A stretch of DNA of 64,000 nucleotides from an uncultured bacterium (GTDB lineage Bacteria > Chloroflexota > UBA5177 > JANWHV01): NCBI GenBank assembly GCA_963827235.1, contig CAWHAE010000016.1, positions 416,001 through 480,000 of the forward strand. Reading direction: 5' to 3'. Made by a program: the position numbers and the translations under genes. This document shows positions 1 through 11,756 of the stretch, piece after piece; position 1 is the stretch's first letter; each line of letters opens with the position of its first letter. A model generated the notes under the pieces. It ran no database searches. It was not told the origin of the DNA and saw only the letters and a list, made by a program, of their open reading frames with translations.

Positions 1-1199
1 TCGCGGCCGCCGGCAACGGCATAAGCGGCCTCACGAGCGTCGCGCGTGTAGGTGAGGAAGGTCTGGCGCTCGAGCTGGCCGGCTGTAATACCCAGGCACC
101 GTTCCAGAATGAGCGACTGTGCGAGCCACGCGTCGAGCGCCGCCAGCTCGGCTGCCGGTGGTGCCCCTGCTAGGGCCAGGTCGCGCGGCGTCAGGATGAG
201 CATGCGTCCTGCTTCCAGGCCAAGCAGGGCGAACCTATTCGCGGGCTGGCCGCCTTCCGGCGGCCGCAGAACTTGCTCGACCAACCCGGGCAAGCCCTCT
301 GAGAGGGCCGGAGCTTCGACGCTTGATACCACAAAGTAGCGCTCGAGAGCTGCAGGTAACTGGGATAGCTGATCCGCGCCCAGCCCATGTATGAGCCGGT
401 GCGTCGGCAAGACCACGAGACCGGGATCGTCCACCGCGGTCAACGCCATCATGACGAAGTCGCGCGGCCCGACATCGCGCGGGCCGGTGCCAATCAGCGC
501 CTCGTCTCGATAGGCCAGCGCCGTCTCGTAGCGGTGGTGACCGTCGGCGATGAACAGCGGGTGTTCCACCAGGGCGCGCCGAATCACCTCGACCGCCAAT
601 CTCGCCGAGATTGGTGCTACCGCGTGTGTGACGCCGTCGTCGTCGGCTGCCTGCTCCTCTTCCAGGGGCTCCGCGGCCAGGGCCGCTTCCACGGCATGAG
701 CGATGTGCCGGCCGTGGTCCTCGTACAGCGCCCAAATTGGGCTCAGGTTGGCGTTTACAGCGCGCAACAGAGCCAGACGCTCTGCCCTCGGCGCTGCCAA
801 AGTGCGCTCGTGCGGCAGGATGCTGCCACTACTCCACGAAGCGAGACGGACGTTCGCCAGCAAGCTCCGCCGCTCGTACCGGCGGCCACCGTGCTGGAAT
901 ATCTGGCGATACATATAGAAGGCGGGCTCGGAATCCTTGCACAGGATGCCGTCGTCTTTCCACTGCTGCAGGGCGGCATGAGCCCTGGCGTGCCGCAACG
1001 CCTCGCCGGCCCGTCCGGGCGGATCGGTCTCCTCAGCGGCAGTGAGCTCGAGACGAACCACGTTGTACGGGCTGCGCTCGTAGAGTGCCCGCTGCTGTTC
1101 AGGTGAAATCACGTCATAGGGCGGTGCGATAAGCGACGCGAGCGCTCCGGCACGCTTGGTGTCGTACCGCCAGGCCCGAAACGGTCGGATTTCCGGCAT
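1..1199 (-). CDS. DUF1015 family protein (3' end runs off the window)
   Basis: Not in the ORF track because no stop lies inside the window. Hand translation from ATG 1199 gives MPEIRPFRAWRYD...LIAPPYDVISP...SPYNVVRLEL; IADGHHRYETA (~554) and YTRDAREA (~50) are in the same frame. These are DUF1015 motifs. Confidence 0.85.
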   Translation of the reverse strand, partial: MPEIRPFRAWRYDTKRAGALASLIAPPYDVISPEQQRALYERSPYNVVRLELTAAEETDPPGRAGEALRHARAHAALQQWKDDGILCKDSEPAFYMYRQIFQHGGRRYERRSLLANVRLASWSSGSILPHERTLAAPRAERLALLRAVNANLSPIWALYEDHGRHIAHAVEAALAAEPLEEEQAADDDGVTHAVAPISARLAVEVIRRALVEHPLFIADGHHRYETALAYRDEALIGTGPRDVGPRDFVMMALTAVDDPGLVVLPTHRLIHGLGADQLSQLPAALERYFVVSSVEAPALSEGLPGLVEQVLRPPEGGQPANRFALLGLEAGRMLILTPRDLALAGAPPAAELAALDAWLAQSLILERCLGITAGQLERQTFLTYTRDAREAAYAVAGGR

Positions 1200-1302
1200 A
1201 TTCCCCCCACCGCACACACACGACACAGGTGGCATCGAGCCAGTACGGCATTACTGTACCAGTGCGGAGGAAGATCTGGCGAGGGTAGCGAAGGAAGCAG
1301 GC

Positions 1303-1686
1303 TTAGACGGCCAGGAGGCTTCCGACAGCCTGTAGGAAGGCCTTGATGTGAAACGGCTTCACAATCACTTCGGTGAAGGGATCGGCGCTAAGGTCCCGGC
1401 TTGCCTGCAGCTCGAATAGGGCAGCAGTGCACACGACCACCGGGATCTGGGCCGTCCTTGGCTCGGATCGCACGAGGTCCAGAACGGCCAGGCCGTCGCC
1501 GTCCGAGAGCATGATGTCGAGGATGATCAGACGCAGGTTCTCCGAACGGGCTGCCTCTCTCGCGCCTTGCACCGTGCTCGCGATAACCGCCTCCAAGCCG
1601 AGGTCGGCCAGGACATCGCGAATGAGTTCAATGCACCCTGCATCGTCCTCGACGATCAGCACGGTCGCCGGGTCCTGAAAGCTCAT
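1303..1686 (-). CDS. Single-domain response regulator (CheY-like receiver)
   Basis: VLIVEDD, IILDIML (phosphoacceptor Asp), VVCTA, IVKPF; 127 aa with no output domain. Confidence 0.9.
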   Translation of the reverse strand: MSFQDPATVLIVEDDAGCIELIRDVLADLGLEAVIASTVQGAREAARSENLRLIILDIMLSDGDGLAVLDLVRSEPRTAQIPVVVCTAALFELQASRDLSADPFTEVIVKPFHIKAFLQAVGSLLAV

Positions 1687-1912
1687 GAAACCGAACTCCC
1701 GCGCCTCAGGGCGCGGTCCTTTCCACTTCTCATCTTAGGCTGCCGGGCCGGAATGCGCATCCCCAGATGGCATATGGCCTAAAGGAGTGATAGCTGCTCC
1801 CAGCCTCTCACACCCTGCTAGAACGCCGACCGACGAGTTTTCGTCACGCCGCTCCTAAGCGAGCCGCAGGCTACTATCCAAGAGATGGGTTGAGAGGAGA
1901 GGATGGGCGGCA

Positions 1913-4540
1913 GTGACTGCGGAACGCGCACGACTCGAGAGCGACAGTGACGCTTGGCGACGGTGGGGACCATACGTGAGCGACCGGGCCTGGGGCACCG
2001 TGCGCGAGGACTACAGCGCCGACGGTGACGCCTGGACCTATCTGCCGCACGACGCCGCCAGATCGCGGGCCTACCGGTGGAACGAAGACGGGCTTGCCGG
2101 GTTCAGCGACGACCGGCAGCGGCTATGCCTGGCCCTTGCACTTTGGAACACACGCGACCCCATCCTGAAAGAGCGCCTATTTGGGCTCTCCGGACCGGAA
2201 GGAAACCACGGTGAAGACGTCAAGGAGGAGTACTTCTATCAGGACGGCACGCCGTCCCACAGCTACATGCGCATGCTGTACCGGTACCCTCAGCTTCCCT
2301 TCCCGTATGCTTGCTTGGTTGACGAAGCGCGCCGCCGTTCACGCGCGGACCCCGAATTCGAGCTCAGCGATACGGGCATCTTCGACCAGAGCCGCTACTT
2401 CGACGTGACGGTCGAATACGCGAAGTCCGACCCTGACGACATTCTGGTTCGCGTGACGGTCGAGAACGCAGGCCCGGATGCAGCGCCTATCGTCGTGCTG
2501 CCTATCCTGTGGTTCCGTAATAGATGGTCGTGGCAGAGCAGCGAGCGCCCGAGCCTGCGCGCGGCCGACGGCGGAAGCCAGGCAGTTCGTGCCGACGAGC
2601 CCGATCTTGGCAGCATGCTGCTCTGGGCCGAGGACGCCGACGAGCTCATCTTCACCGAGAACGACACGAACGAAACTCGCCTGTTTGGAGCGCCTTGCCC
2701 GGCACCATTCGTCAAGGACGCGTTCCATGCCTACCTGGTCGATGGCAGGCGCGATGCGGTCAACCCGGCTCGCAGCGGAACCAAGGCCGCCGCGGTGTTC
2801 CGCAGATCGGTCCCCGCGGGCGGTTCGATCACCCTGAGATGGCGGCTTGCCGCCCACGGCAGCGAGCCTTTCTCCGGCTTCGACGCCCTCCTGGATCACC
2901 GGCGAAGTGAAGCCGACGAGTTCTATGGGGTACAGCTGGCAGGTATAGCGGACGACGAGCTCAGAGCGATCGCCCGCCAGGCGTACGCGGGGCTCCTGTG
3001 GAGCAAGCAGTACTATCACTACGACGTCAAGCGCTGGCTCGAAGGCGATCCTGGGCAACCAACTCCGCCACCTGAACGGATGCACGCCAGAAATCGCAAA
3101 TGGCTCCACTTGATAAACGCTAGCGTTATGTCAATTCCCGATGCCTGGGAGTACCCATGGTATGCGACCTGGGATCTCGCCTTTAACTGCGTCGCACTGA
3201 CCCGCATCGATCCCGAGTTTGCCAAGTCGCAGATCGAGCTGCTTACTCGCGAGTGGTTCCAGCATCCAAACGGCCAGCTTCCCGCCTACGAGTGGTCGTT
3301 CGACGACGTCAATCCGCCCGTCGTGGCCTGGGCGGCGCTGCGAGTGTTCGAGGTCGAGAAGCGCGTGTACGGCACGGCGGACTATGCGTTTCTCAAGCGC
3401 GTCTTCCACAAGTTGCTGCTCGACTTCACGTGGTGGGTCAATCGCGAGGACTCGGAAGGCAACAACATCTTCCAGGGCGGCTTTCTCGGACTGGACAACA
3501 TCGGTATCTTCGACCGCAGCAAGCCTTTGCCGACCGGCGGCTACATCGAGCAGAGCGACGGCACGAGCTGGATGGGCATGTATTGTCTCAACATGCTCCT
3601 GATCTGTCTCACCCTGGCCGGCGACGATCGCACGTTCGAAGATACGGCCGGCAAGTTCCTCGACCACTTTCTGTTCATTGCCGGCGCCATGCACAACATC
3701 GGCGGCCTGGGCTTTCAGCTGTGGGACGAGGAGGATAGCTTCTTCTACGACATGCTCCACCTTCCCGATGGCCGGCACGTCCCGCTCAAGGTGAGATCCT
3801 GCGTCGGGCTCATCCCGTTGTTCGCGGTCGCGGTGATCGAACCGGCGACCCTAGCCGCCCTACCCGGGTTCAAGGCACGGCTCGAGTGGTTCCTCACACT
3901 GCGGCCCGAGCTGGCCAATCTGATATCGCGTTGGCAAGTGCCCGGCTCGGGCGACGTGCGCCAACTGGCGCTCGTGCGGGGACATCGCCTTAAGTGCCTG
4001 CTGCGCTATGCCCTGGATCCGGACGAGTTCCTGAGCGAGTACGGCGTGCGCAGCCTGAGCAAGTACCACTTACGGCACCCGTACAGCTTGCCGGTAGACG
4101 GCGCAGACTATAGCATCGCTTACGAGCCCGCGGAGTCGCGCAGCGGCACCTTCGGAGGCAACTCCAACTGGCGCGGGCCGGTGTGGTTGCCCATCAACTA
4201 CCTGCTCATCGACGCATTGCACCGGTTCCATGCATACTACGGAAACGACTTCCTGGTCGAGTGCCCGACGGGCTCCGGAACCTTCCTGACTTTGCTGCAA
4301 ATAGCCGACCTGATCGCCGATCGAGTAGTGTCCATATTCCGGCACGATGCTCAGGGCAACAGGCCCTTCGCCGGTACTTGGTCGTCCGGGCATGGGGCCG
4401 GGCATGCGAGCGACCTGCTGCTGTTCCACGAGTATTTCCACGGCGATAGCGGTGAAGGCCTGGGAGCGAGCCACCAAACAGGCTGGACCGCGCTGGTGGC
4501 CAACATCATTCTCTCGCGAGCATCCGGCACCTGGCTCTAG
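1913..4540 (+). CDS. GH63-like glycoside hydrolase (MGH1-like glucosidase)
   Basis: [70 protein letters not shown]; GTG start with AGGAGAGG upstream. Confidence 0.9.
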   Translation: MTAERARLESDSDAWRRWGPYVSDRAWGTVREDYSADGDAWTYLPHDAARSRAYRWNEDGLAGFSDDRQRLCLALALWNTRDPILKERLFGLSGPEGNHGEDVKEEYFYQDGTPSHSYMRMLYRYPQLPFPYACLVDEARRRSRADPEFELSDTGIFDQSRYFDVTVEYAKSDPDDILVRVTVENAGPDAAPIVVLPILWFRNRWSWQSSERPSLRAADGGSQAVRADEPDLGSMLLWAEDADELIFTENDTNETRLFGAPCPAPFVKDAFHAYLVDGRRDAVNPARSGTKAAAVFRRSVPAGGSITLRWRLAAHGSEPFSGFDALLDHRRSEADEFYGVQLAGIADDELRAIARQAYAGLLWSKQYYHYDVKRWLEGDPGQPTPPPERMHARNRKWLHLINASVMSIPDAWEYPWYATWDLAFNCVALTRIDPEFAKSQIELLTREWFQHPNGQLPAYEWSFDDVNPPVVAWAALRVFEVEKRVYGTADYAFLKRVFHKLLLDFTWWVNREDSEGNNIFQGGFLGLDNIGIFDRSKPLPTGGYIEQSDGTSWMGMYCLNMLLICLTLAGDDRTFEDTAGKFLDHFLFIAGAMHNIGGLGFQLWDEEDSFFYDMLHLPDGRHVPLKVRSCVGLIPLFAVAVIEPATLAALPGFKARLEWFLTLRPELANLISRWQVPGSGDVRQLALVRGHRLKCLLRYALDPDEFLSEYGVRSLSKYHLRHPYSLPVDGADYSIAYEPAESRSGTFGGNSNWRGPVWLPINYLLIDALHRFHAYYGNDFLVECPTGSGTFLTLLQIADLIADRVVSIFRHDAQGNRPFAGTWSSGHGAGHASDLLLFHEYFHGDSGEGLGASHQTGWTALVANIILSRASGTWL

Positions 4541-4628
4541 GCTGGCAGGCCAGCAAGGAACAGCGTGGGCTATCATGTGGGGGTACGTCCTCAATGCAGA
4601 AGAACCACCGACACGGGAGAATGCAACA

Positions 4629-6668
4629 GTGATTGAAACGACCGAGGATAGGCAGGCTCGAGAGGATGCCAGTCTGGATAATCTGTGCGTCAATGCCATC
4701 CGTGCGCTATCGATTGACGGTGTGACAAACGCCAATTCCGGGCACCCAGGCATGCCTCTGGGCGCGGCGCCGATGGCGTACGTGCTGTGGACGCGTTTCC
4801 GCAAGCACTCGCCGACTCATCCGAACTGGATGGATCGCGATCGATTCGTACTTTCGGCCGGGCACGCCTCGATGCTGCTGTACAGCCTGCTCCACCTGAC
4901 GGGCTACGATCTCTCGCTCGACGACATCAAGGCGTTCCGCCAATGGAACAGCAAGACGCCGGGACACCCCGAACATCACCTTACACCCGGCGTGGACACC
5001 ACGACCGGGCCGCTCGGTCAGGGTCTGGGAAACGCGGTGGGCATGGCCGTCGCCGAGGCCTACCTCGCTGCGCACTTCAATCGGCCCGGGCACGAGATCG
5101 TCGATCACTACACGTACGTGCTCTGCTCCGACGGCGACCTGATGGAAGGCATCTCCTCCGAGTCGGCATCGATGGCAGGGCACATGCGCCTGCACAAGCT
5201 CATCGTGCTTTACGATGACAACAGTATCTCGCTCGACGGGCCCACGTCGCTGACCTTCGACCAAGAGGACGTCTCCCTGCGGTTCGAGGCGCAGGGATGG
5301 AACGTGCTCTTCGTCGAGGACGGCAACGACCTCGAGGCGATCGACGGTGCCATCCGCGCGGCTCAGGAGGAGCACGAGAAGCCGACCCTCATTCGCGTGA
5401 AGACGCACATCGGCTTCGGCAGCCCCAAGCAGGACTCGAGCAAGGCGCACGGCAGCGCCTTCTCGGCGGACGAGGTGATCGCCACAAAGCGCAACCTCGG
5501 CTGGCCGAGCGAAGAGCCCTTCTGGCTGCCGCAGGAAGCCGTCGACCACTTCCGCGAGGCGGTGGGGAAAGGTGCCGCGGCGCAGAGCGAATGGCAGGAT
5601 CGGCTCGCCGCCTACGCCAAGGCCTTCCCCGAGCTGGCTGAGCAGTGGAACCTCGCCACGAACGGGAAACTACCGGAAGGCTGGGACGCCGACATACCGG
5701 TATTCGGCCCCGACGACGCTCAGGCGACGCGGCAGGCAAGCGGGAAGGTGCTCAACGCCATAGCGCCGAAGCTGCCGACCCTCATTGGAGGCTCGGCGGA
5801 TCTCTCGTCGTCCACTGAGACCGACCTCAAAGGCTTCGGCGTATTCGGTCCGGGCAAGTACGCCGGGCGCAACATCTACTTCGGCGTGCGCGAGCATGCC
5901 ATGGCGTCGGCGCTGAATGGCATGACGCTGCACTACGGCGTCAGGCCTTTCGGCGGCACCTTCCTGATGTTCTACACCTACATGGCCAACCCCGTGCGCA
6001 TGGCCGCGCTGATGGCCGCGCCCTCCATCTTCGTATACACGCACGACACCGTCGGACTCGGCGAGGACGGACCGACCCACCAGCAGGTTGAGGTCTTGTC
6101 CGCCCTCCGAGCCATCCCGAACATGGTCACGCTAAGGCCAGCCGATGCGAATGAGACTGCCGAGGCATGGCGTGCGGCCATAGCACGGCAGGATGGGCCG
6201 ACGGCGCTCTGCTTCTCGCGGCAGAAACTGCCGATTCTCGACCACTCGGAAGGCGATCCGGTCGGCGCCACCCGGCAAGGGGCCTACATTCTGACCCGCG
6301 AGTCCGGCAAGGATACGCCGGATGTCATCCTGATTGGCGCCGGGTCTGAAGTGCAGCTGCTGGTCGGCGCGCGCGCTATCCTGCAGCGCGACGGTCTCGC
6401 CGTTCGCGTGGTCAGTATGCCTTCGCAGGAGCTCTTCCTGGCTCAGCCGAGAGAGTATCGTGACCGCGTGCTGCCGCCGAGCGTACGGGCCCGACTTGCC
6501 TGCGAGGCGGCGGCGAGCCAGCCGTGGTACCGCTTCGTCGGCCTGGATGGCGACGTACTCGCACTCGATCGCTTCGGCGCCTCGGCGCCGGCCGGCGTGA
6601 TTTTCAAGCAGCTCGGCTTCACGCCTGAGAACGTAGCAGCTCGCGCGCGTGCCCTGCTCAACAACTAG
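4629..6668 (+). CDS. tkt: Transketolase
   Basis: [29 protein letters not shown] motif DGDLMEG...[19 protein letters not shown]. Start moved to GTG 4629 after GGGAG; the track ORF extends to 4347. Confidence 0.96.
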   Translation: MIETTEDRQAREDASLDNLCVNAIRALSIDGVTNANSGHPGMPLGAAPMAYVLWTRFRKHSPTHPNWMDRDRFVLSAGHASMLLYSLLHLTGYDLSLDDIKAFRQWNSKTPGHPEHHLTPGVDTTTGPLGQGLGNAVGMAVAEAYLAAHFNRPGHEIVDHYTYVLCSDGDLMEGISSESASMAGHMRLHKLIVLYDDNSISLDGPTSLTFDQEDVSLRFEAQGWNVLFVEDGNDLEAIDGAIRAAQEEHEKPTLIRVKTHIGFGSPKQDSSKAHGSAFSADEVIATKRNLGWPSEEPFWLPQEAVDHFREAVGKGAAAQSEWQDRLAAYAKAFPELAEQWNLATNGKLPEGWDADIPVFGPDDAQATRQASGKVLNAIAPKLPTLIGGSADLSSSTETDLKGFGVFGPGKYAGRNIYFGVREHAMASALNGMTLHYGVRPFGGTFLMFYTYMANPVRMAALMAAPSIFVYTHDTVGLGEDGPTHQQVEVLSALRAIPNMVTLRPADANETAEAWRAAIARQDGPTALCFSRQKLPILDHSEGDPVGATRQGAYILTRESGKDTPDVILIGAGSEVQLLVGARAILQRDGLAVRVVSMPSQELFLAQPREYRDRVLPPSVRARLACEAAASQPWYRFVGLDGDVLALDRFGASAPAGVIFKQLGFTPENVAARARALLNN

Positions 6669-6679
6669 GAGATTCGAAT

Positions 6680-7816
6680 ATGGCTGCAAACGCATTGGGG
6701 ATACTGCAGGAGCATGGTCAGAGCCCGTGGATCGACAACATCACGCGTGGCATGTTGACCGGCGGTGAGCTGCAGAGGCTGATCGACCTCGGAGTAGTTG
6801 GCCTCACCTCCAACCCAACCATCTTCCAGAAGGCTATCGGCGGCAGCGCCGATTACGACCAGGCGCTGGCGGACCTGGTCAAGCAAGGAAAGGACCTCGA
6901 CGCGGTTTACGAGGGACTCGTGCTCGCCGACATCGCCGAGGCGGCGCGCATTCTACGTCCGGTGTTCGACCGCACCGGCGGCCGGGACGGCTTCGTGAGC
7001 ATCGAGGTCTCGCCCGAGCTGGCCTACGAGACAAAGAAGACGGTCGACGACGCCAGCCGTTTCTTTAGCCAGCTTGCCAAGCCGAACATCATGATCAAGG
7101 TGCCGGGCACCACCGAGGGTGTAGCCGCGTTCCGCACTATTACCGGGCTGGGAATCAACGTCAACGTGACGCTTCTGTTCTCGCTGGAAAGCTATCGCGC
7201 CGTGGCAGAAGCATACGTAGACGGCCTCGAAGCGCTCGATCGCGGCGGTAAGCCCATCTCAGGCGTCTCGTCGGTTGCATCGTTCTTCGTGAGCAGGGTG
7301 GACACCGCCGTCGACGCCATCCTGGAGCAGAAGGCTAAGGACGATGCGGGCCAGGCCTCTCGCTACCGGTCGCTGATGGGGAAGGCCGCTATCGCCAACG
7401 CGAAGCTCGCCTACACAGAGATCTACAAACAGGTGTTCAGCGGCGCTCGCTGGGAAGCTCTCGCCGCCAAGGGCGCCAGGCGGCAGCGACCGCTATGGGC
7501 GAGTACCAGCACCAAGAACCCGAGCTACCGCGACGTCATCTACGTCGAGGAGTTGATCGGCAAAGACACCGTGAACACGATGCCTCCCGCTACCGTCCAC
7601 GATTTCCTCGACCACGGACGCGTGCGGGACACGCTGGAGGAAGATCTCGACGGCGCCTGGAAGGTGATGCAGGAACTGAGCGATGCCGGCGTCGACATTG
7701 ACCAGGTGACAACCAAGCTGCAAAAGGACGGCGTAGACTCGTTTGCCAAGTCGTTCCGGGATCTCATGGGTACTATTGAAGCTCGGCGCAAGGAGATGGC
7801 GGCCCGCGTAGGGTAA
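6680..7816 (+). CDS. tal: Transaldolase (large type)
   Basis: GQSPWIDNI, GLTSNPTIF, NIMIKVPGT (Schiff-base Lys), VASFFVSRVD, QRPLWASTSTKNP; directly downstream of tkt. Confidence 0.95.
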   Translation: MAANALGILQEHGQSPWIDNITRGMLTGGELQRLIDLGVVGLTSNPTIFQKAIGGSADYDQALADLVKQGKDLDAVYEGLVLADIAEAARILRPVFDRTGGRDGFVSIEVSPELAYETKKTVDDASRFFSQLAKPNIMIKVPGTTEGVAAFRTITGLGINVNVTLLFSLESYRAVAEAYVDGLEALDRGGKPISGVSSVASFFVSRVDTAVDAILEQKAKDDAGQASRYRSLMGKAAIANAKLAYTEIYKQVFSGARWEALAAKGARRQRPLWASTSTKNPSYRDVIYVEELIGKDTVNTMPPATVHDFLDHGRVRDTLEEDLDGAWKVMQELSDAGVDIDQVTTKLQKDGVDSFAKSFRDLMGTIEARRKEMAARVG

Positions 7817-7850
7817 CACGCTATCGCCCCGAGTCGGAGTACGTTGCCAT

Positions 7851-7900
7851 GGCACGGCCCGAACAGGGATCGAGCGAAGTTCGCCTGTTTGGGCCGTGCC
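7851..7900 (+). terminator. Long stem-loop after tal, probable terminator or mRNA 3' stabiliser
   Basis: GGCACGGCCCGAACAGG pairs with CCTGTTTGGGCCGTGCC (17 bp, one G-U); no clear U tract follows. Confidence 0.6.
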
Positions 7901-8082
7901 GCGTGTTCCGGCAACCGCTACATGCCGGGCCGGGCGTCCGCGGCCACGAGCTTTTCGGGCAAGCCGCGGCGGGAACCATACTGGCGGCGTACGCATTCGG
8001 CGGCTAGCTCCGGCCCGGTCGGTGCGCTACCATGATGCACATGCGGTCACGCGGCGTGACGGCACTTAAGCCGCGGAGGGTA

Positions 8083-8502
8083 ATGGCCACGGACGCGAAA
8101 GAGCTCGAATCCCGATCTGCTCAGGTGCTCGTACCCAGCACCGGCGTGGACGCTGCGGAGATTCATCGCATCGCGCGGGCCGTGGAACGCTGGGGACAGC
8201 GATTCCTCGACCGCGTGTACACGCCGGCGGAGCAACGGTACTGCGGGAAACGGATGCAGCGCCTGGCAGGCCGTTTCGCCGCCAAGGAGGCAATCAGCAA
8301 AGTGCTCGGCACGGGCGTACGCTTCATCCGCTGGCGCGAGATAGAGATCCTGCCTGATCCACGAGGCAAGCCGGTAGTGACCCTCTACGGCAGGGCGGCA
8401 AGCGTGGCAGCGGCGCTTGATCTGGGCGAGATCAGCGTCAGCATCACGCATACCGGAGACCTCGCGCTGGCCTTCGCCATGGCGCTGGGCGGCAACTGCT
8501 AG
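8083..8502 (+). CDS. acpS: Holo-[acyl-carrier-protein] synthase
   Basis: GVDAAEI, RFLDRVYTPAE, LAGRFAAKEAISK, VSITH; ATG 8083 follows GGAGG. Confidence 0.93.
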   Translation: MATDAKELESRSAQVLVPSTGVDAAEIHRIARAVERWGQRFLDRVYTPAEQRYCGKRMQRLAGRFAAKEAISKVLGTGVRFIRWREIEILPDPRGKPVVTLYGRAASVAAALDLGEISVSITHTGDLALAFAMALGGNC

Positions 8503-8506
8503 AGAA

Positions 8507-10039
8507 ATGAAGCCACTCGTATCGTCGGCCGAGATGAGAGCGGCAGAAGCTGCCGCTGATGCGCGCGGATTGGTGCTTCCAGCGCTTATGCAGCTTGCGG
8601 CGCACGGCGCCGCCGAGGGGTTGCTTGCCGCGCAACGTCCAGGCCATGACCGTTACCTCGTCCTGGCCGGGCCCGGCAACAACGGCGGCGACGCCCTCGT
8701 GGTGGCGGGCCTGCTGCGGGACCGCGGCGCGCAGGTCCGCCTCCTCACCTATCGCCGTGACGCGCCATCGCCGGTCGATCCGCCCGGCATGGTACGCGCC
8801 GATCTGGTTGCCGCCTCGGCTGCGCGATCGCTTGCCGATTCGGTAACCTGGTGCGACGTGCTCGTGGACGGCGTTCTCGGCATCGGCCGTGCACGGCCCA
8901 TCGAGCCCGATCTGGCCGCCATTCTCACGGTACTCAACCAAACGCCGCACCGTCCCTGGGTCGTCGCCCTGGACGTCCCTACCGGCGTTGACGCCGACAG
9001 CGGGCGAATTGATCCCGCTGCGCTTCGCGCCGACGAAACCTACACGTTCGGCTACGTAAAGAGAGGGCTCGTGCTGCAGCCGGCGGCCACCTACTGCGGG
9101 GCGGTGCGCCTCGTGGACGTCGGACTCCCACTCGTTCCGGCAGTACGCGTGTCGGCCTGGCAGCCGGAACCAGCCGACGTCGCTGGGTGCCTGCCACGGC
9201 GGACCTCGGACTCGAACAAGTATCGCGCGGGCGCCGTGCTTGCCGTGGCCGGTTCACGGGAGTACGTGGGCGCACCGATTCTGGCGGCGACGGCGGCGAT
9301 GCGTGCCGGTGCGGGCTATGTCACCCTGGCCGCGCGAGAAGACGTGGTGCAGAGGCTTGCCACTCGCCTGTTGGAGACGACCATGCTCGTCCTGCCGCCG
9401 GACACGACTGGTGCCCTCGGCGCGCTGGCTGAGGCCGCCGGCCGGTACCATGCCCTGCTCGTTGGGCCCGGGCTGGGGCGAACCGGCGATGCCATACGCC
9501 TAGTACTCGACCTGCTTGCCCGGCCACCGCACGGCCCCCGAGCCGCGGTGGTCGATGCCGACGCGCTCTTCGCCCTGAGCTCTGAGCCCGGTTGGTGGTC
9601 ATCGGTGCGTCTACCGCTGGTACTCACACCGCACGCGGGCGAGATGGCGCGACTCACCGGTTTGAAAGCCGAGCAAGTAGACGAACGCAGGCTCGAGCTG
9701 GCCGCCGAGTGGGCCGAGACGTGGAAGCAGGTTGTCCTGCTCAAGGGTTCTCCAACTATCGTCGCCTCACCCGATGGGCGCATCGCGATCAATCCCACCG
9801 GCAACCCGCTCCTCGCAACAGCTGGAAGCGGCGACGTCCTGACAGGCGTGATCGCGGCCCTGCTGGCCGGCGGCGTGGCTCCGTTCGAAGCTGCGATGTG
9901 CGGGGCGTACCTGCACGGCCTGGCAGCGGATCTTGCCGTACCCGAGTTTGGCGATCGCGGCTTGCTGGCCGGCGATCTGTTCGATTACCTGCCCAGGGCG
10001 GTCGTGCACGTGGTGCGCGCGGGCACGGAGCACAGCTGA
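8507..10039 (+). CDS. nnr: Bifunctional NAD(P)H-hydrate epimerase/dehydratase
   Basis: GPGNNGGD, ALDVPTG, GPGLG, VVDADAL, LTPHAGEMARL, LATAGSGDVLTG; start placed at ATG 8507. Confidence 0.93.
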   Translation: MKPLVSSAEMRAAEAAADARGLVLPALMQLAAHGAAEGLLAAQRPGHDRYLVLAGPGNNGGDALVVAGLLRDRGAQVRLLTYRRDAPSPVDPPGMVRADLVAASAARSLADSVTWCDVLVDGVLGIGRARPIEPDLAAILTVLNQTPHRPWVVALDVPTGVDADSGRIDPAALRADETYTFGYVKRGLVLQPAATYCGAVRLVDVGLPLVPAVRVSAWQPEPADVAGCLPRRTSDSNKYRAGAVLAVAGSREYVGAPILAATAAMRAGAGYVTLAAREDVVQRLATRLLETTMLVLPPDTTGALGALAEAAGRYHALLVGPGLGRTGDAIRLVLDLLARPPHGPRAAVVDADALFALSSEPGWWSSVRLPLVLTPHAGEMARLTGLKAEQVDERRLELAAEWAETWKQVVLLKGSPTIVASPDGRIAINPTGNPLLATAGSGDVLTGVIAALLAGGVAPFEAAMCGAYLHGLAADLAVPEFGDRGLLAGDLFDYLPRAVVHVVRAGTEHS

Positions 10040-10081
10040 CATCGTCGTATCTCCCAGCGCCGCAAACGTGAAGGAATCAAG

Positions 10082-10567
10082 ATGAAAGTTCGCGAGATCA
10101 TGACGACCGCTCCCATTACTGTGGAGGCCGGCACGCCGGTTATGCGGGTAGCCCGCGTGCTGTTCGATAACCGGCTGCCCGGAGTGCCCGTCGTTGACGA
10201 GCAGGGGAGCCTGCTCGGCGTGGTCACGGAAGCGGATCTCATCGTGCGAAACGCCAATCTGCACCTGCCTCGATTCCTGACCTTCATCGACTCCTTGATG
10301 CCGGCTGGCACCATGCGCGAGTTTGACGCCGAGGTACGCCGCATGCTCGCCACGAGCGCGGGAGAGGTGATGAGCGACAAGCTGGTCACCATATCGCCGG
10401 AGGCGGACGTGGCAGAGGCAGCCACGGTCATGTTCGAGCGACATGCCAATCCACTGCCGGTCGTGGAGGGCGGGAGGCTCGTCGGCTCGATCTGCCGCAG
10501 CGACCTGGTGCGGCTGATGCTGCTGGAGGAAGAACAGTCGGCGGCGGAAAGCGCTGGGCGACAGTGA
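10082..10567 (+). CDS. CBS-pair domain protein
   Basis: MKVREIMT...VPVVDEQGSLLGVVTEADL...LPVVEGGRLVGSICRSDL; lies in the known acpS-nnr-CBS-alr neighbourhood. Confidence 0.9.
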   Translation: MKVREIMTTAPITVEAGTPVMRVARVLFDNRLPGVPVVDEQGSLLGVVTEADLIVRNANLHLPRFLTFIDSLMPAGTMREFDAEVRRMLATSAGEVMSDKLVTISPEADVAEAATVMFERHANPLPVVEGGRLVGSICRSDLVRLMLLEEEQSAAESAGRQ

Positions 10568-11730
10568 GCACCGGCTTCGCGCCGGCATCGACGGGCGCGG
10601 CATCGCATCGCGCCACTCGCGCTACCGTGCACCTGGACCGCATCGCCTCAAACGTGCGCATCATACGCCGGCTGGCCGGCGACAGCGTCAAAGTGCTCGC
10701 GGTGGTCAAAGCGAACGCCTACGGCCATGGCGCTGTCCCCGTTGCAGTCACAGCGCTCGACCAGGGTGCAAGCTGGCTGGGCGTCGCGTGCGTGGACGAG
10801 GGCCTCGAGCTTCGGAATGCCGGAATATCGGCGCCAATACTTGTCCTCGGCTACGTGGCACCTGCTGAGCTCGAATCGGCCGCACAGACCCGGCTGTCTG
10901 TTGCCCTGGGCACCATGGCGCAGTGTGCCGTCATCGCCACCGCCGCGCGGGGCCTGCGCGAACCCCTCCGCGTGCACCTGAAGATCGACAGCGGCATGGG
11001 CCGATACGGCATCACTCTGGAGCAGTCGCAGGAAGCAGCACGCGAGCTGGCGAAGACTCCGGAGGTCCACGTCGAAGGCTGCTTCACCCACTTCGCGCGA
11101 GGCGAGGAGGAGCCTGCACTGGCGACAGACCACCAGATCGAGATGTTCCGCGAAGCGCTCGGCATCCTCAGCAGACATGGTCTTACACCAGACCTGATCC
11201 ACGCCTCGAACAGCGGAGCGACCCTGATCGCCCCGCACGCCCGCTTCGGCATGGTGCGGGCAGGGCTATTGCTCTACGGCTACCGCCCCGAGCGATCGCT
11301 TGCGCCCGATCTCGAGCTCAGGCCTGCTCTCGAGGTGGAATCGTGCCTCGCCCGAGTGCAAGCGTTACCTGCCGGAGCCGGTATCGGCTACGGCCACACC
11401 TATACCTTGCCCACGCCGGCTACGGTGGGCCTCGTGCCTATGGGCTATGCCGACGGACTGCAGAGGTCGCTATCGGGTAAGGGCTACCTGGTAGCCGGCG
11501 ACTCGCGGGTGCCGATCATCGGTCGCGTGAGCATGGATCAGTGCATCGTCGACTTGTCTGGCGTGGATATGCTTGCCGAGGGCGATCCCGTCGTGGTGAT
11601 CGGCGCTCGCGGGGGCGCCTCGGTGTGGGCCGACGACCTTGCAGATTGGGCCGGCACCATTCCCTACGAGATCCTCTGCGGCATAAGCGCGCGAGTGCCA
11701 CGTACCTATTTGGCTGGTGGAACCCTCTAA
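10564..11730 (+). CDS. alr: Alanine racemase
   Basis: AVVKANAYGHG (PLP Lys), HLKIDSGMGRYG, FTHFA, IGYG, GYADG, IGRVSMDQ, TIPYEI. Confidence 0.96.
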   Translation: MSTGFAPASTGAASHRATRATVHLDRIASNVRIIRRLAGDSVKVLAVVKANAYGHGAVPVAVTALDQGASWLGVACVDEGLELRNAGISAPILVLGYVAPAELESAAQTRLSVALGTMAQCAVIATAARGLREPLRVHLKIDSGMGRYGITLEQSQEAARELAKTPEVHVEGCFTHFARGEEEPALATDHQIEMFREALGILSRHGLTPDLIHASNSGATLIAPHARFGMVRAGLLLYGYRPERSLAPDLELRPALEVESCLARVQALPAGAGIGYGHTYTLPTPATVGLVPMGYADGLQRSLSGKGYLVAGDSRVPIIGRVSMDQCIVDLSGVDMLAEGDPVVVIGARGGASVWADDLADWAGTIPYEILCGISARVPRTYLAGGTL

Positions 11731-11747
11731 GCAACCGCCCGATGTCG

Positions 11748-11756
11748 TGCTATACT
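11748..11756 (+). promoter_or_regulatory. Extended -10 promoter for cvpA (TGcTATACT)
   Basis: Close match to TGnTATAAT about 95 nt upstream of the cvpA ATG. Confidence 0.6.

Noticed and set aside
4347-4628. Long N-terminal extensions in track ORFs (tkt here; also nnr, gpsA, nuoA, nuoB, nuoK, nuoN, SCO1664, nadK)
   Set aside because: Artefacts of choosing the most upstream start; downstream starts fit SD sites, gene overlaps or family N-termini.
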